NCBI GenBank assembly: GCA_041497675.1 | Contig: JBGQGY010000110.1 | Location: 1 to 12,480, forward strand | Length of the DNA: 12,480 nucleotides | Direction of reading: 5' to 3' | Origin: a bacterium | Lineage (GTDB): Bacteria > Sysuimicrobiota > Sysuimicrobiia > Sysuimicrobiales > Humicultoraceae | Shown here: positions 1 through 7,597 of the stretch, piece after piece | Layout: each line of letters starts with the position of its first letter | Position numbering within the stretch: position 1 is the stretch's first letter | The notes under the pieces: model-generated | Databases searched by the model: none | Told to the model about the DNA's origin: nothing | Seen by the model: only the letters and a program-made list of their open reading frames with translations | Position numbers and translations under genes: made by a program

Positions 1-1
1 A

Positions 2-1594
2 GAGGCCGGCGTGGTCGGCGAGACGGTGCGCGCCGAATTCGTCGTCACGGTCGATGGAACCGTGGAACGGCGCCCCGAGGGCACCGTGAACCCACGCCTG
101 GCTACCGGGGAGATCGAGGTACGGGCCAAGTCGGTGAACGTGGTCTCAGCGGCCCTGACGCCGCCGTTTTCCCCGGGTGATGAAGGGGTCGTGGACGAGG
201 CGCTGCGCCTGAAGTATCGGTTCCTGGACCTGCGCCGGCCCAAGATGTTTCGCAACCTCTTGCTGCGTCATCGCGCCAGTATGGCCGTGCGGGAGAGCCT
301 CGACCGGCTCGGATTTGTGGATGTCGAGACCCCGTTGCTGATCCGGAGTACGCCCGAGGGCGCCCGCGACTTTATTGTGCCCAGCCGGCTGCAGCCCGGT
401 CGATTCTACGCGCTGCCCCAGTCGCCGCAGTTGTTGAAGCAGCTGTTGATGGTCGCCGGCGTCGATCGGTATTTTCAGATCGCCCGGTGTTTCCGCGATG
501 AGGATCTGCGGGCGGACCGGCAGCCGGAATTCACCCAAATCGACATCGAGATGTCGTTTGTCGATCAGGACTCGATCCTGCAGGTCACGGAGGAGATGGT
601 GGCCGCCGTTGTTCGCCGCGTGCTCGACGTCGAGATCACGCGGCCTTTTCCGCGCATCTCGTACGCCGACGCCATGCTCCGTTACGGATCCGACAAGCCT
701 GACCTGCGGTTTGATCTGCCGATCACCGATCTGACCGATCTGGCGGAGGCCAGCGGGGTCGAACGGTTTCGGGCCGCCGCGGCGGGTGGCGGGGTCCTGC
801 GCGGTCTGCGGCTCCCGGGGGCGGCGGGGATGAGCCGTCGGGACGTGGACGCGTTGATCGCGTCCGCTCAGGCTGCGGGGGCGGAAGGTCTGGCGACACT
901 CGCCCTCACGACCGACGGGCCAAAGGGATCGGTGGCCCGGCATCTCACCGACGGCGCGCGCGCGCACATCGCCGCGCGCACCGTCGCGAAGGAAGGTGAC
1001 CTCGTGCTGTTCGTCGCAGGCCCGGACACCGTTGTCGCTTCAGCGCTGGGCCGTCTGCGTCGCGATCTGGCCGAGCGTCTGAATCTGCTGCCGGCCGGCG
1101 GCGCGATGCGGTTTCTCTGGGTGCTGGAGTTTCCATTGTTGGAGCATGACGCTGAGCGGGGGCGCTATCTCGCAGTCCACCATCCCTTCACGGCGCCGAT
1201 GCATGAAGACCGGTCGCTGTTGGAGACGGCGCCGCTGCGTGTTCGCGCCACGGCGCACGACCTCGTGTTGAACGGGGTCGAACTCGGTGGCGGCAGCGTC
1301 CGCATCCACGAGCGTGGCCTGCAAGAGCAGATGTTTCAGCTCCTGGGCATCGGTCCCGAGCGCGCGCAGGAACGCTTCGGCTTCCTGCTCGACGCGCTAC
1401 AGTACGGCGCGCCGCCCCACGGCGGTATCGCGCTCGGCCTCGACCGGTTCGTCATGCTGCTCGCAGGCGAATCGACGATCCGCGAGGTGATCGCCTTCCC
1501 AAAGACGGCCAGCGCCGCGGATCTGCTCATGGGCGCCCCCGGCCCCGTTGATCCCGACCTGCTTCGGGAAGCGCATATCGCCGTTGCGGAGTAG
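2..1594 (+). CDS. aspS: Aspartate--tRNA ligase, bacterial type with GAD insertion; 5'-truncated by the window edge
   Basis: Recognisable AspRS motifs: NPRLATGEIE, LRLKYRFLDLRR, STPEGARDF, YALPQSPQ, motif 2 CFRDEDLRADRQPEFTQIDIEMSF, HHPFTAP, ELGGGSVRIH and motif 3 GAPPHGGIALGLDR. The frame is open from base 2, so the GTG at 11 is not the true start. Stop TAG at 1592-1594. Confidence 0.97.
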   Translation, partial: EAGVVGETVRAEFVVTVDGTVERRPEGTVNPRLATGEIEVRAKSVNVVSAALTPPFSPGDEGVVDEALRLKYRFLDLRRPKMFRNLLLRHRASMAVRESLDRLGFVDVETPLLIRSTPEGARDFIVPSRLQPGRFYALPQSPQLLKQLLMVAGVDRYFQIARCFRDEDLRADRQPEFTQIDIEMSFVDQDSILQVTEEMVAAVVRRVLDVEITRPFPRISYADAMLRYGSDKPDLRFDLPITDLTDLAEASGVERFRAAAAGGGVLRGLRLPGAAGMSRRDVDALIASAQAAGAEGLATLALTTDGPKGSVARHLTDGARAHIAARTVAKEGDLVLFVAGPDTVVASALGRLRRDLAERLNLLPAGGAMRFLWVLEFPLLEHDAERGRYLAVHHPFTAPMHEDRSLLETAPLRVRATAHDLVLNGVELGGGSVRIHERGLQEQMFQLLGIGPERAQERFGFLLDALQYGAPPHGGIALGLDRFVMLLAGESTIREVIAFPKTASAADLLMGAPGPVDPDLLREAHIAVAE

Positions 1595-1613
1595 CGGAGG
1601 AAAGTGCTAGCAT
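1584..1613 (+). promoter_or_regulatory. Putative sigma70/SigA promoter for the 6S RNA
   Basis: TTGCGG (1584-1589), an 18-nt spacer, then extended -10 TGcTAGCAT (1605-1613), about 15 nt upstream of the 6S closing stem. Confidence 0.5.
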
Positions 1614-1628
1614 GTGAGTCACATAAGG

Positions 1629-1814
1629 GTTCTCTGCCGTGTGCGAGGCGGGCTGATAGCTCCGATCCAATGGCTACGTCCCGGGAGCCTGGCTCCAGTC
1701 GCCACGAGGCATACCGACAGTACGTTCGCCGGCAGCCCAAGCGGCCGGGGAGGCACCCACCTTGCGAGAGCGCAGGGTTCGGGAGCTTTCAGTTCGTACG
1801 GCGCGGTGGAGAAC
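1629..1814 (+). ncRNA. ssrS: 6S RNA (SsrS), about 186 nt
   Basis: Closing stem GTTCTCTGCCGTGT (1629-1642) pairs with GCGCGGTGGAGAAC (1801-1814). GCTGATAGCTCC (1652-1663) pairs with GGAGCTTTCAGT (1782-1793). It carries the GGGAGCC and GGCACCCACC..GCGAGAGCG..GGGTTC elements typical of Bacillota-type 6S RNA. Its position between aspS and rarA matches the known ssrS synteny. Confidence 0.88.
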
Positions 1815-1822
1815 GAGTGACA

Positions 1823-1857
1823 CGAGACGGCCACAGGGATGACCTGCGGCCGTCTCG
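1823..1857 (+). terminator. Strong stem-loop directly 3' of the 6S RNA (terminator or processing hairpin, no U-tract)
   Basis: CGAGACGGCC-a-CAGG-(gatga)-CCTG-c-GGCCGTCTCG: a 14-bp stem with one mismatch. Confidence 0.5.
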
Positions 1858-1919
1858 CACGTCTGGCGGCGTCCCATCGGCGGCGCCGCTTCGTGCGACG
1901 ATGAAACGGGGGGCTGGGG

Positions 1920-3299
1920 ATGTCGCTCTTCGAGCCGGGCGCGCACGATCTCTCCACGGCGCCGCTTGCCGCGCGCCTGCGGCCACAGTCGCTGGACGAG
2001 TTTATCGGCCAGGATCACCTGATCGGCGACGGCCGGGCGCTACGTGCAGCCATCGAGGGCGACCACGTGCACAGCCTGATCCTCTGGGGCCCGCCGGGCA
2101 CCGGTAAAACCTCGCTGGCCCTGCTGATCGCCGGAAAGACGCGGTCACACGTCGCGCAGGTGAACGCCGTGACGGCCGGCGTGGCCGACCTCAAGCGCGT
2201 GATCGCCGACGCCCGCGATCGCCGCACGTTCCACCGGCAGCGTACGCTGCTGATCATCGACGAGATCCACCGTTTCAACAAGGCGCAGCAGGACGTGCTC
2301 CTGCCCCACGTCGAGGACGGCACGGTCATCTTGATCGGCGCCACCACCGAGAATCCGTTCTATGAAGTGAATGCGACGCTCGTCTCGCGGTCGACCGTGG
2401 CACAGCTCGAGCCGTTGAGCGATGAGGCGATCCGCGCGATTGTCTCGCGAGCGCTCACCGACCCCCGCGGCCTGGCCGACCGGGGTCTCGACGTGGACGC
2501 CGACGCGATGGACTACCTGGTCGGGGTCAGCAACGGCGACGCCCGTACGGCGCTCAACGCCCTCGAGGCCGCGGCGATCGCGGCGCCAGAGACCGGCGGC
2601 CGCCGGCACGTGACGATTGGCGTGGCGCGCGACGCCAGCCAACACCGCGTGCTGCGCTACGACCGCGAGGGCGACCAGCACTATGACATGATCTCGGCGT
2701 TCATCAAGAGCATGCGCGGTTCCGACCCCGACGCGGCCGTGTACTGGCTCGCCCGCATGCTCGCTGCGGGCGAAGATGCGCGGTACATCGCCCGGCGCAT
2801 GGTGGTGCACGCCGCCGAGGATGTCGGGATGGCCGACCCGATGGCGCTGCTCGTAGCGACGGCCGCCGCCCACGCGGTGGAGTATGTCGGCCTGCCCGAG
2901 GCGCGCATCCCCATGGCCGAAGCGGCCATCTACATCGCGACCGCGCCGAAGAGCAACGCGGTGGTCAGGGCCATCGGCGAGGCCATGCACGATGTGCGGG
3001 AGCGGCGCGCGGATCCGGTGCCACGATCCCTGCGAGACTTGAGTCATCCCCAAGCCGCCACGCGGCTTGGCCACGGTGTCGGGTATCAGTACCCCCACGA
3101 TTTTCCGGAGGGATTCGTCCGACAGTCCTACCGGCCCGACGGTGTCCAGGGGCGGCGATACTACCGGCCAACCACGCATGGCGTGGAGGCGGATGTGCGG
3201 CGGCGACTCGACGCGTGGTGGGGAACAGAGTCCGAGACAGTCTCGAGCGAGGAGCCGTCTCCGGAATCCGGCGGGAGCGAGGGCCGCCGCAGCGGTTAG
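1920..3299 (+). CDS. rarA: Replication-associated recombination protein A (RarA/MgsA AAA+ ATPase), 459 aa
   Basis: PLAARLRPQSLDEFIGQDHL, Walker A WGPPGTGKT, Walker B IIDEIHRFNKAQQD, GATTENP, HYDMISAFIKSMRGSDPDAA, EDVGMADP, APKSN, GYQYPHD. Confidence 0.96.
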   Translation: MSLFEPGAHDLSTAPLAARLRPQSLDEFIGQDHLIGDGRALRAAIEGDHVHSLILWGPPGTGKTSLALLIAGKTRSHVAQVNAVTAGVADLKRVIADARDRRTFHRQRTLLIIDEIHRFNKAQQDVLLPHVEDGTVILIGATTENPFYEVNATLVSRSTVAQLEPLSDEAIRAIVSRALTDPRGLADRGLDVDADAMDYLVGVSNGDARTALNALEAAAIAAPETGGRRHVTIGVARDASQHRVLRYDREGDQHYDMISAFIKSMRGSDPDAAVYWLARMLAAGEDARYIARRMVVHAAEDVGMADPMALLVATAAAHAVEYVGLPEARIPMAEAAIYIATAPKSNAVVRAIGEAMHDVRERRADPVPRSLRDLSHPQAATRLGHGVGYQYPHDFPEGFVRQSYRPDGVQGRRYYRPTTHGVEADVRRRLDAWWGTESETVSSEEPSPESGGSEGRRSG

Positions 3300-3318
3300 C
3301 GCCTGCCCGCGAGCGGCT

Positions 3319-3347
3319 TTGACACTCTTGAACCTAGTTGCTACGAT
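3319..3347 (+). promoter_or_regulatory. sigma70/SigA promoter for mnmA-ytxH-cca-small ORF
   Basis: Perfect TTGACA (3319-3324), exactly 17 nt, then TACGAT (3342-3347) with an extended -10 TG at 3339-3340. It sits in an AT-richer intergenic stretch. Confidence 0.8.
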
Positions 3348-3380
3348 TGATAGGATAGTCGAACATTTTGTGGGGGCACG

Positions 3381-4472
3381 ATGGCGAAGATCGCCGTCGC
3401 GATGAGCGGCGGGGTAGACAGCGCTGTGGCGGCGGCCCTGCTCACCGAGCAGGACCATGACGTTGTTGGTCTGACCATGAACCTGTGGCCGTCGTGGTTG
3501 ACCGAACCGGCCGCCGGCAGTCAGACGTGCTGCGGCGTCGGTGCGATCGACGACGCCCGCGCTGTGGCCCGCACGCTGGGGATCCCGCACTACGTGCTCA
3601 ACCTACGCGAGGCCTTCGAGCGCGCCGTCATTGACTACTTCTGCGACGAGTATGCGCGCGGCCGCACGCCCAACCCGTGCATTGCGTGCAACCAGTCGAT
3701 CAAGTTCAAGGTGCTGTTGAAGAAGGTGATCGACCTGGGGTGCGATGCCCTGGCGACCGGGCACTACGCCCGGATCGGCCGTGATCCGGTGACCGACCGG
3801 TTCGTGTTGCTGCGTGCGGCCGACGCTGCCAAAGATCAGTCCTACGTCCTGTACGCGCTGACCCAAGAGCAGCTGGCGCGGCTGCAATTCCCGGTTGGGG
3901 CGTACCGCAAGCCCGACATCCGCGCGATCGCGCGCCGGGCGAATCTCGCGGTCGCTGAAAAGCCCGACAGCCAGGAGATCTGTTTTGTGCCGCAGGGGCA
4001 CTACGGTGACCTGGTGGCCTCGCGGCGGCCGGAGGCGGCGCGTCCCGGGCCAATCATCGATCGATCGGGCGCGGTGCTGGGCACGCACGCGGGGATCGCG
4101 CGCTACACCGTGGGGCAGCGCCGTGGCCTGGCCATCGCGCGAGGGGAGCCCACGTACGTGATCGGCATCGACCCGGAACAGAACGCGGTGATCGTAGGGA
4201 GCCAGACCGATCTCATGCGTGGCCGCGTCACCGTGGGGCGTGTTAACTGGATCGTGCCACCACCGCCGCCGGCGCTGGTCACTGCTCGAGTGCGGCACGC
4301 TGCGGTCGACGTACCCGCGGCGCTCGAAACACGTCCCGACGGGTATATCGATGTTGTATTCGCCGCGCCACAGCGGGCGGCAGCGCCCGGACAGGCGGTC
4401 GCCTTTTATGACGGCGAGCGCGTCCTGGGCGGCGGCATCATCGAATCTGATCTCAAGGAGGCTGGATCATGA
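3381..4472 (+). CDS. mnmA: tRNA-specific 2-thiouridylase MnmA (C-type), 363 aa
   Basis: PP-loop AMSGGVDS, TPNPCIACN, ATGHYAR, KDQSY, KPDSQEICF, YTVGQRRGL, PGQAVAFY..LGGG. Confidence 0.97.
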   Translation: MAKIAVAMSGGVDSAVAAALLTEQDHDVVGLTMNLWPSWLTEPAAGSQTCCGVGAIDDARAVARTLGIPHYVLNLREAFERAVIDYFCDEYARGRTPNPCIACNQSIKFKVLLKKVIDLGCDALATGHYARIGRDPVTDRFVLLRAADAAKDQSYVLYALTQEQLARLQFPVGAYRKPDIRAIARRANLAVAEKPDSQEICFVPQGHYGDLVASRRPEAARPGPIIDRSGAVLGTHAGIARYTVGQRRGLAIARGEPTYVIGIDPEQNAVIVGSQTDLMRGRVTVGRVNWIVPPPPPALVTARVRHAAVDVPAALETRPDGYIDVVFAAPQRAAAPGQAVAFYDGERVLGGGIIESDLKEAGS

Positions 4473-4801
4473 GCAATCGAACCGACTTCGTCGCCGGCTT
4501 CATCCTCGGCGGGTTGCTGGGGACCGCGATGGCGCTGCTGTTTGCCCCGCGGCCCGGCGAGGAGACGAGAGAGCGGCTTCTGGAGTCCGCGGAGGAATTG
4601 CGCGAGCGGGCCCGCGAGCGCGCCGACGATGTGGTGCGGAAAGTTCGCGACGCCACTGACGATCTTTCGCAGCGCGGCCGGACGACGCTCGACGAAGGCG
4701 CGGCCAAATTGCGCGACGCCATCGATCGCGGCCGCGAGACGTTCGAAGAGCGCACGCGCGGCAAGCGGGGTCCTGGCCAGGAGCAGCGCCCGGAAGGCTA
4801 A
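4469..4801 (+). CDS. YtxH-domain protein (N-terminal membrane anchor plus charged helical tail), 110 aa
   Basis: FVAGFILGGLLGTAMALLFAPRPGEETRERL matches the YtxH signature. SD AAGGAGG upstream; ATGA overlap with the mnmA stop. Confidence 0.9.
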   Translation: MSNRTDFVAGFILGGLLGTAMALLFAPRPGEETRERLLESAEELRERARERADDVVRKVRDATDDLSQRGRTTLDEGAAKLRDAIDRGRETFEERTRGKRGPGQEQRPEG

Positions 4802-4802
4802 C

Positions 4803-6167
4803 ACGGCGCTGCTGCCCCGGCTTCCCGAAGACCTCTCACCAGGGCTGGACATCATCCGGCGGCTTCGCGACGCCGGGTGGGATGCGTATCTCGTCGGGGG
4901 AGTTGTCCGCGACCTGTTGTTGGGGCGCGAACCCCACGACCTCGATATCGTCACGTCGGCGCGCCCTGAGTCGGTCACCGATCTGTTTCCCCACACCGTG
5001 CTCACCGGCGCCGAGTTTGGCGTCGTGACCGTCGTCGTCGAGGGGCGGACGTTTCAGGTTGCGACGTTCCGCCGCGAAGGACCGTACCTCGACGGACGGC
5101 GGCCAACCTACGTCGAGTATGCAGATTTGCGCGAAGACGTGCTCCGCCGTGATTTTACCGTGAACGCCCTCGTGTACGATCCGATCGCCGACCGCGTGCT
5201 CGACTTCACGGGTGGCCTTGCCGATCTGGAGCGCCGGACGCTCCGGACTGTTGGCGAACCGGCTGCCCGGTTTGGCGAGGACAGGCTGCGGCTGCTTCGG
5301 GCGGTGCGGTTTGCGACCGAACTCCAGTTTTCCATTGAGCCCTCGACCCTTGACGCGATCCGCACGCTCGCGCCGACCATTGCCGGGGTGAGCGGCGAGC
5401 GGATCCGCGACGAGGTGCTGCGACTGTTGGTCGCGCCGGACCGCGCCGCCGGCGTGCGATTACTGCAGTCGAGCGGTTTGTTGGGGATCGTCCTGCCTGA
5501 AGTGGCCGCCATGGATGGTGTCCCGCAACCTCCGGAGTTCCATCCGGAGGGGGACGTCCTCACCCACACGTGTCTGGCGCTGCAGCACCTCAACACTCCG
5601 ACGCCCGTGCTGGCCCTGGCCACCTTGCTGCACGACGTGGGGAAGCCGGCCACCTTGACGGTCGCCGACCGCATCCGGTTTCATGGGCATGCCGATGTTG
5701 GCGCGCAGATGACAGATCAAATCTGCCAACGCCTGCGTATGCCGGTCGCCGACATGCGTGCCGTCGTCACCCTCGTGCGCGATCATCTGAGGATCGGCGA
5801 TCTGCTGCAGATGCGGCCCGGAAAGGCGACGCGATTCCTGCGGCGGCCGGACTTTGCCGACCTGTTGGAACTGCACCGGGCGGATTGTCTGGCCAGTCAC
5901 GGGGATCTGAGCATCTATCAGTGGGCTGCGGCCGCGCGCCAGGCGCTCGACGCGGCCGGGCCGCCGCCCCCGCGATGTATCACCGGCGACGATCTGATCG
6001 CGCTTGGGTACGCGCCGGGACCGCGATTTGCGGAGATGCTGGAGGCCGCGGACGTCGCGCAGGCCGAGGGTGAGATCCGGAGCGCCGAAGAGGGCCGGGC
6101 TTGGATTCTTGTGCACTTCCCGGCAGGAGGCGAGTCGCAGCGCGTGGAACCGCCACCGCATGTCTGA
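4803..6167 (+). CDS. cca: Class II CCA tRNA nucleotidyltransferase with HD domain; start uncertain (ACG 4803 or CTG 4809/4812), about 454 aa
   Basis: YLVGGVVRDLLLG..DLD, flexible loop TFRREGPYLDGRRP, EDVLRRDFTVNAL, template motif FGEDRLRLLRA, VSGERI, and HD domain FHPEGDVLTH..LLHDVGK..FHGH. The first ~87 aa of the ORF-track product overlap ytxH out of frame and look non-coding. Confidence 0.9.
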   Translation, partial: TALLPRLPEDLSPGLDIIRRLRDAGWDAYLVGGVVRDLLLGREPHDLDIVTSARPESVTDLFPHTVLTGAEFGVVTVVVEGRTFQVATFRREGPYLDGRRPTYVEYADLREDVLRRDFTVNALVYDPIADRVLDFTGGLADLERRTLRTVGEPAARFGEDRLRLLRAVRFATELQFSIEPSTLDAIRTLAPTIAGVSGERIRDEVLRLLVAPDRAAGVRLLQSSGLLGIVLPEVAAMDGVPQPPEFHPEGDVLTHTCLALQHLNTPTPVLALATLLHDVGKPATLTVADRIRFHGHADVGAQMTDQICQRLRMPVADMRAVVTLVRDHLRIGDLLQMRPGKATRFLRRPDFADLLELHRADCLASHGDLSIYQWAAAARQALDAAGPPPPRCITGDDLIALGYAPGPRFAEMLEAADVAQAEGEIRSAEEGRAWILVHFPAGGESQRVEPPPHV

Positions 6168-6300
6168 GCGTGACCTTGTAGGGTTCTTTCTGTGGGCCAT
6201 GGCGTTCATGATCGCCGTTGGGGGGATGATTCTCCAGATGTGGCCCAGCTTGGTCGGCTTTGTGGACCGGACCTTCCTCAACCCGCCGCGCCGTCGGTAG
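6160..6300 (+). CDS. Small single-pass membrane protein, 46 aa (MSERDLVGFFLWAMAFMIAVGGMILQMWPSLVGFVDRTFLNPPRRR)
   Basis: ATG 6160 overlaps the cca stop (ATGTCTGA). About 20 consecutive hydrophobic residues and a basic C-terminus. It fills the gap up to the hairpin at 6330. No clear SD. Confidence 0.6.
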   Translation: MSERDLVGFFLWAMAFMIAVGGMILQMWPSLVGFVDRTFLNPPRRR

Positions 6301-6329
6301 GACGACAGCGGTCGTGGCGGACCGTAGGC

Positions 6330-6376
6330 CGAAACCGTGAAGGCCCGCCCCGAGTGGGCGGGCCTTCACGGTTTCG
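6330..6376. terminator. Perfect 21-bp inverted repeat between convergent genes; likely bidirectional terminator, possibly REP-like
   Basis: CGAAACCGTGAAGGCCCGCCC (6330-6350), loop CGAGT, GGGCGGGCCTTCACGGTTTCG (6356-6376). Confidence 0.75.
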
Positions 6377-6395
6377 ATGCGCCGGAATGCGGGTC

Positions 6396-7526
6396 TTACT
6401 CGCCTTTGCCTCCAACGGCTGCGGGCGCCCGCATGGTGAACTCTTTTTCCAGCCGGTTGAGTTTGACGACGATACCGCCGTACTCCAGCTCCGACATGGG
6501 CAGCATGGCCGGTTCGAAGAAGCCCTGGCGGCGCATGTCCATGGCCTTGACCACCGTCTGATCCCGGACGTGATGCCAGAACGGATCGCCAAACAGGTCG
6601 ATCGGCTGGGTCAGCCGGCCGTCGTGAATCGAGAAGCCTAACGCCGACACCATTGGACAGCAGAAGTACGTTGAGGCCGGCGTGTTGATCGGCACCGGCA
6701 TTAGCGGGAGGTTGTGGCTTCCCCGCGTGTCGCCGGCCACGAAGGGGGCCAGCGCAAACGGCGGACCGAATTCCTCCGTCGCTGGGAAGATCCGTTGGGT
6801 CCGCACGACGGCCACCGGATCGTCCTTCCCGACGTACCGGCCCGCAATATTACGCAGCCGGCTGGTCGCCACCGCGACCGCCTGCTCATTGGGATGTTTC
6901 CGCGACCAGATGGACTCGATGACGTACCGGTGCGTGTCGCGCAGCAGCGCCGCGATGTCATAGAGGCGCTCGGGAGCGTCCAGCGCGATGATGCGGTCGC
7001 CCTCGGTGTGGTCGACGTCCATGATCACGAACTTGAAGCCTTCGTGCAACGCGTCGGAGAGCAGCAAACCGGGTGAATACATCGGATCGGCGAACGACAA
7101 GTACAGGGGGAGGTTGAATGCGCCCGGCTCGGTCTTGTCCGCCGCCAGGATCATGATCGCCTCGTTGGGCCGTTCGTCGAACTCGATCTCCGCAGACCCC
7201 GGGCCCAATCCCTTGACGTTGCCGGAGAAGGCATCCTTCAAGAGGTCCTGCCCGGCGCCATAGAGTCCCTGGCGTTTCGCGACCTCCGTGCCGGCGCGGA
7301 ACGCATCCCAAGCGAGTTCGTGCACCTTCGGGTGCCCGACACCGTGGGCGTGGGTCATGATCAGGCACACGTCGTCGCCGGTGTGGCAGACGGTGCTGTC
7401 GATGAGTAGGGTGCCGGTGACGCCGTGGACGCGCTCGCGAACCAAGTCCATCAGCTCCCGGCTGGGAACCGTATGACCTCCCACAGCCCCAATATCCGCC
7501 TTGATGACGCTGACCGTTACCCGCAT
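6396..7526 (-). CDS. fbp: Bifunctional fructose-1,6-bisphosphate aldolase/phosphatase (class V FBPase), 376 aa
   Basis: SVIKADIGAVGGH, GDD..LIMTH, GLYGAGQDLLKDAFSGNVKGLGPG, ADKTEPGAFNLPLY, Schiff-base loop YVGKDDP, RGSH..PLMPV and ELEY. SD-like GGGGG/AGGA upstream. Confidence 0.96.
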   Translation of the reverse strand: MRVTVSVIKADIGAVGGHTVPSRELMDLVRERVHGVTGTLLIDSTVCHTGDDVCLIMTHAHGVGHPKVHELAWDAFRAGTEVAKRQGLYGAGQDLLKDAFSGNVKGLGPGSAEIEFDERPNEAIMILAADKTEPGAFNLPLYLSFADPMYSPGLLLSDALHEGFKFVIMDVDHTEGDRIIALDAPERLYDIAALLRDTHRYVIESIWSRKHPNEQAVAVATSRLRNIAGRYVGKDDPVAVVRTQRIFPATEEFGPPFALAPFVAGDTRGSHNLPLMPVPINTPASTYFCCPMVSALGFSIHDGRLTQPIDLFGDPFWHHVRDQTVVKAMDMRRQGFFEPAMLPMSELEYGGIVVKLNRLEKEFTMRAPAAVGGKGE

Positions 7527-7597
7527 GCGTCCTGTCCCCCTTGTAGCCGAGTTACCGGTTCTTCGCTATTGACAGTGATGCCCCTTCTCTCCTTTTA

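Noticed and set aside
1604..2107. ORFs 1604..2107, 1614..1820 and antisense ORFs across the aspS-rarA gap
   Set aside because: No recognisable motifs; they overlap the 6S RNA and rarA.
3358..3375. CGAAC half-sites here and at 7653 as LexA boxes
   Set aside because: The matching GTTCG half-site 4 nt downstream is missing in both.
2145..3590. 481-aa minus-strand ORF and other long antisense ORFs (146..967, 3603..4298, 5460..6281, 8000..8719, 9574..10278)
   Set aside because: Shadow frames of GC-rich genes with strong codon bias; no family motifs.
4542..4802. 87-aa N-terminal extension of cca in the ORF track
   Set aside because: Lies inside ytxH in another frame, is Arg/Ala/Ser-rich and has no nucleotidyltransferase features.
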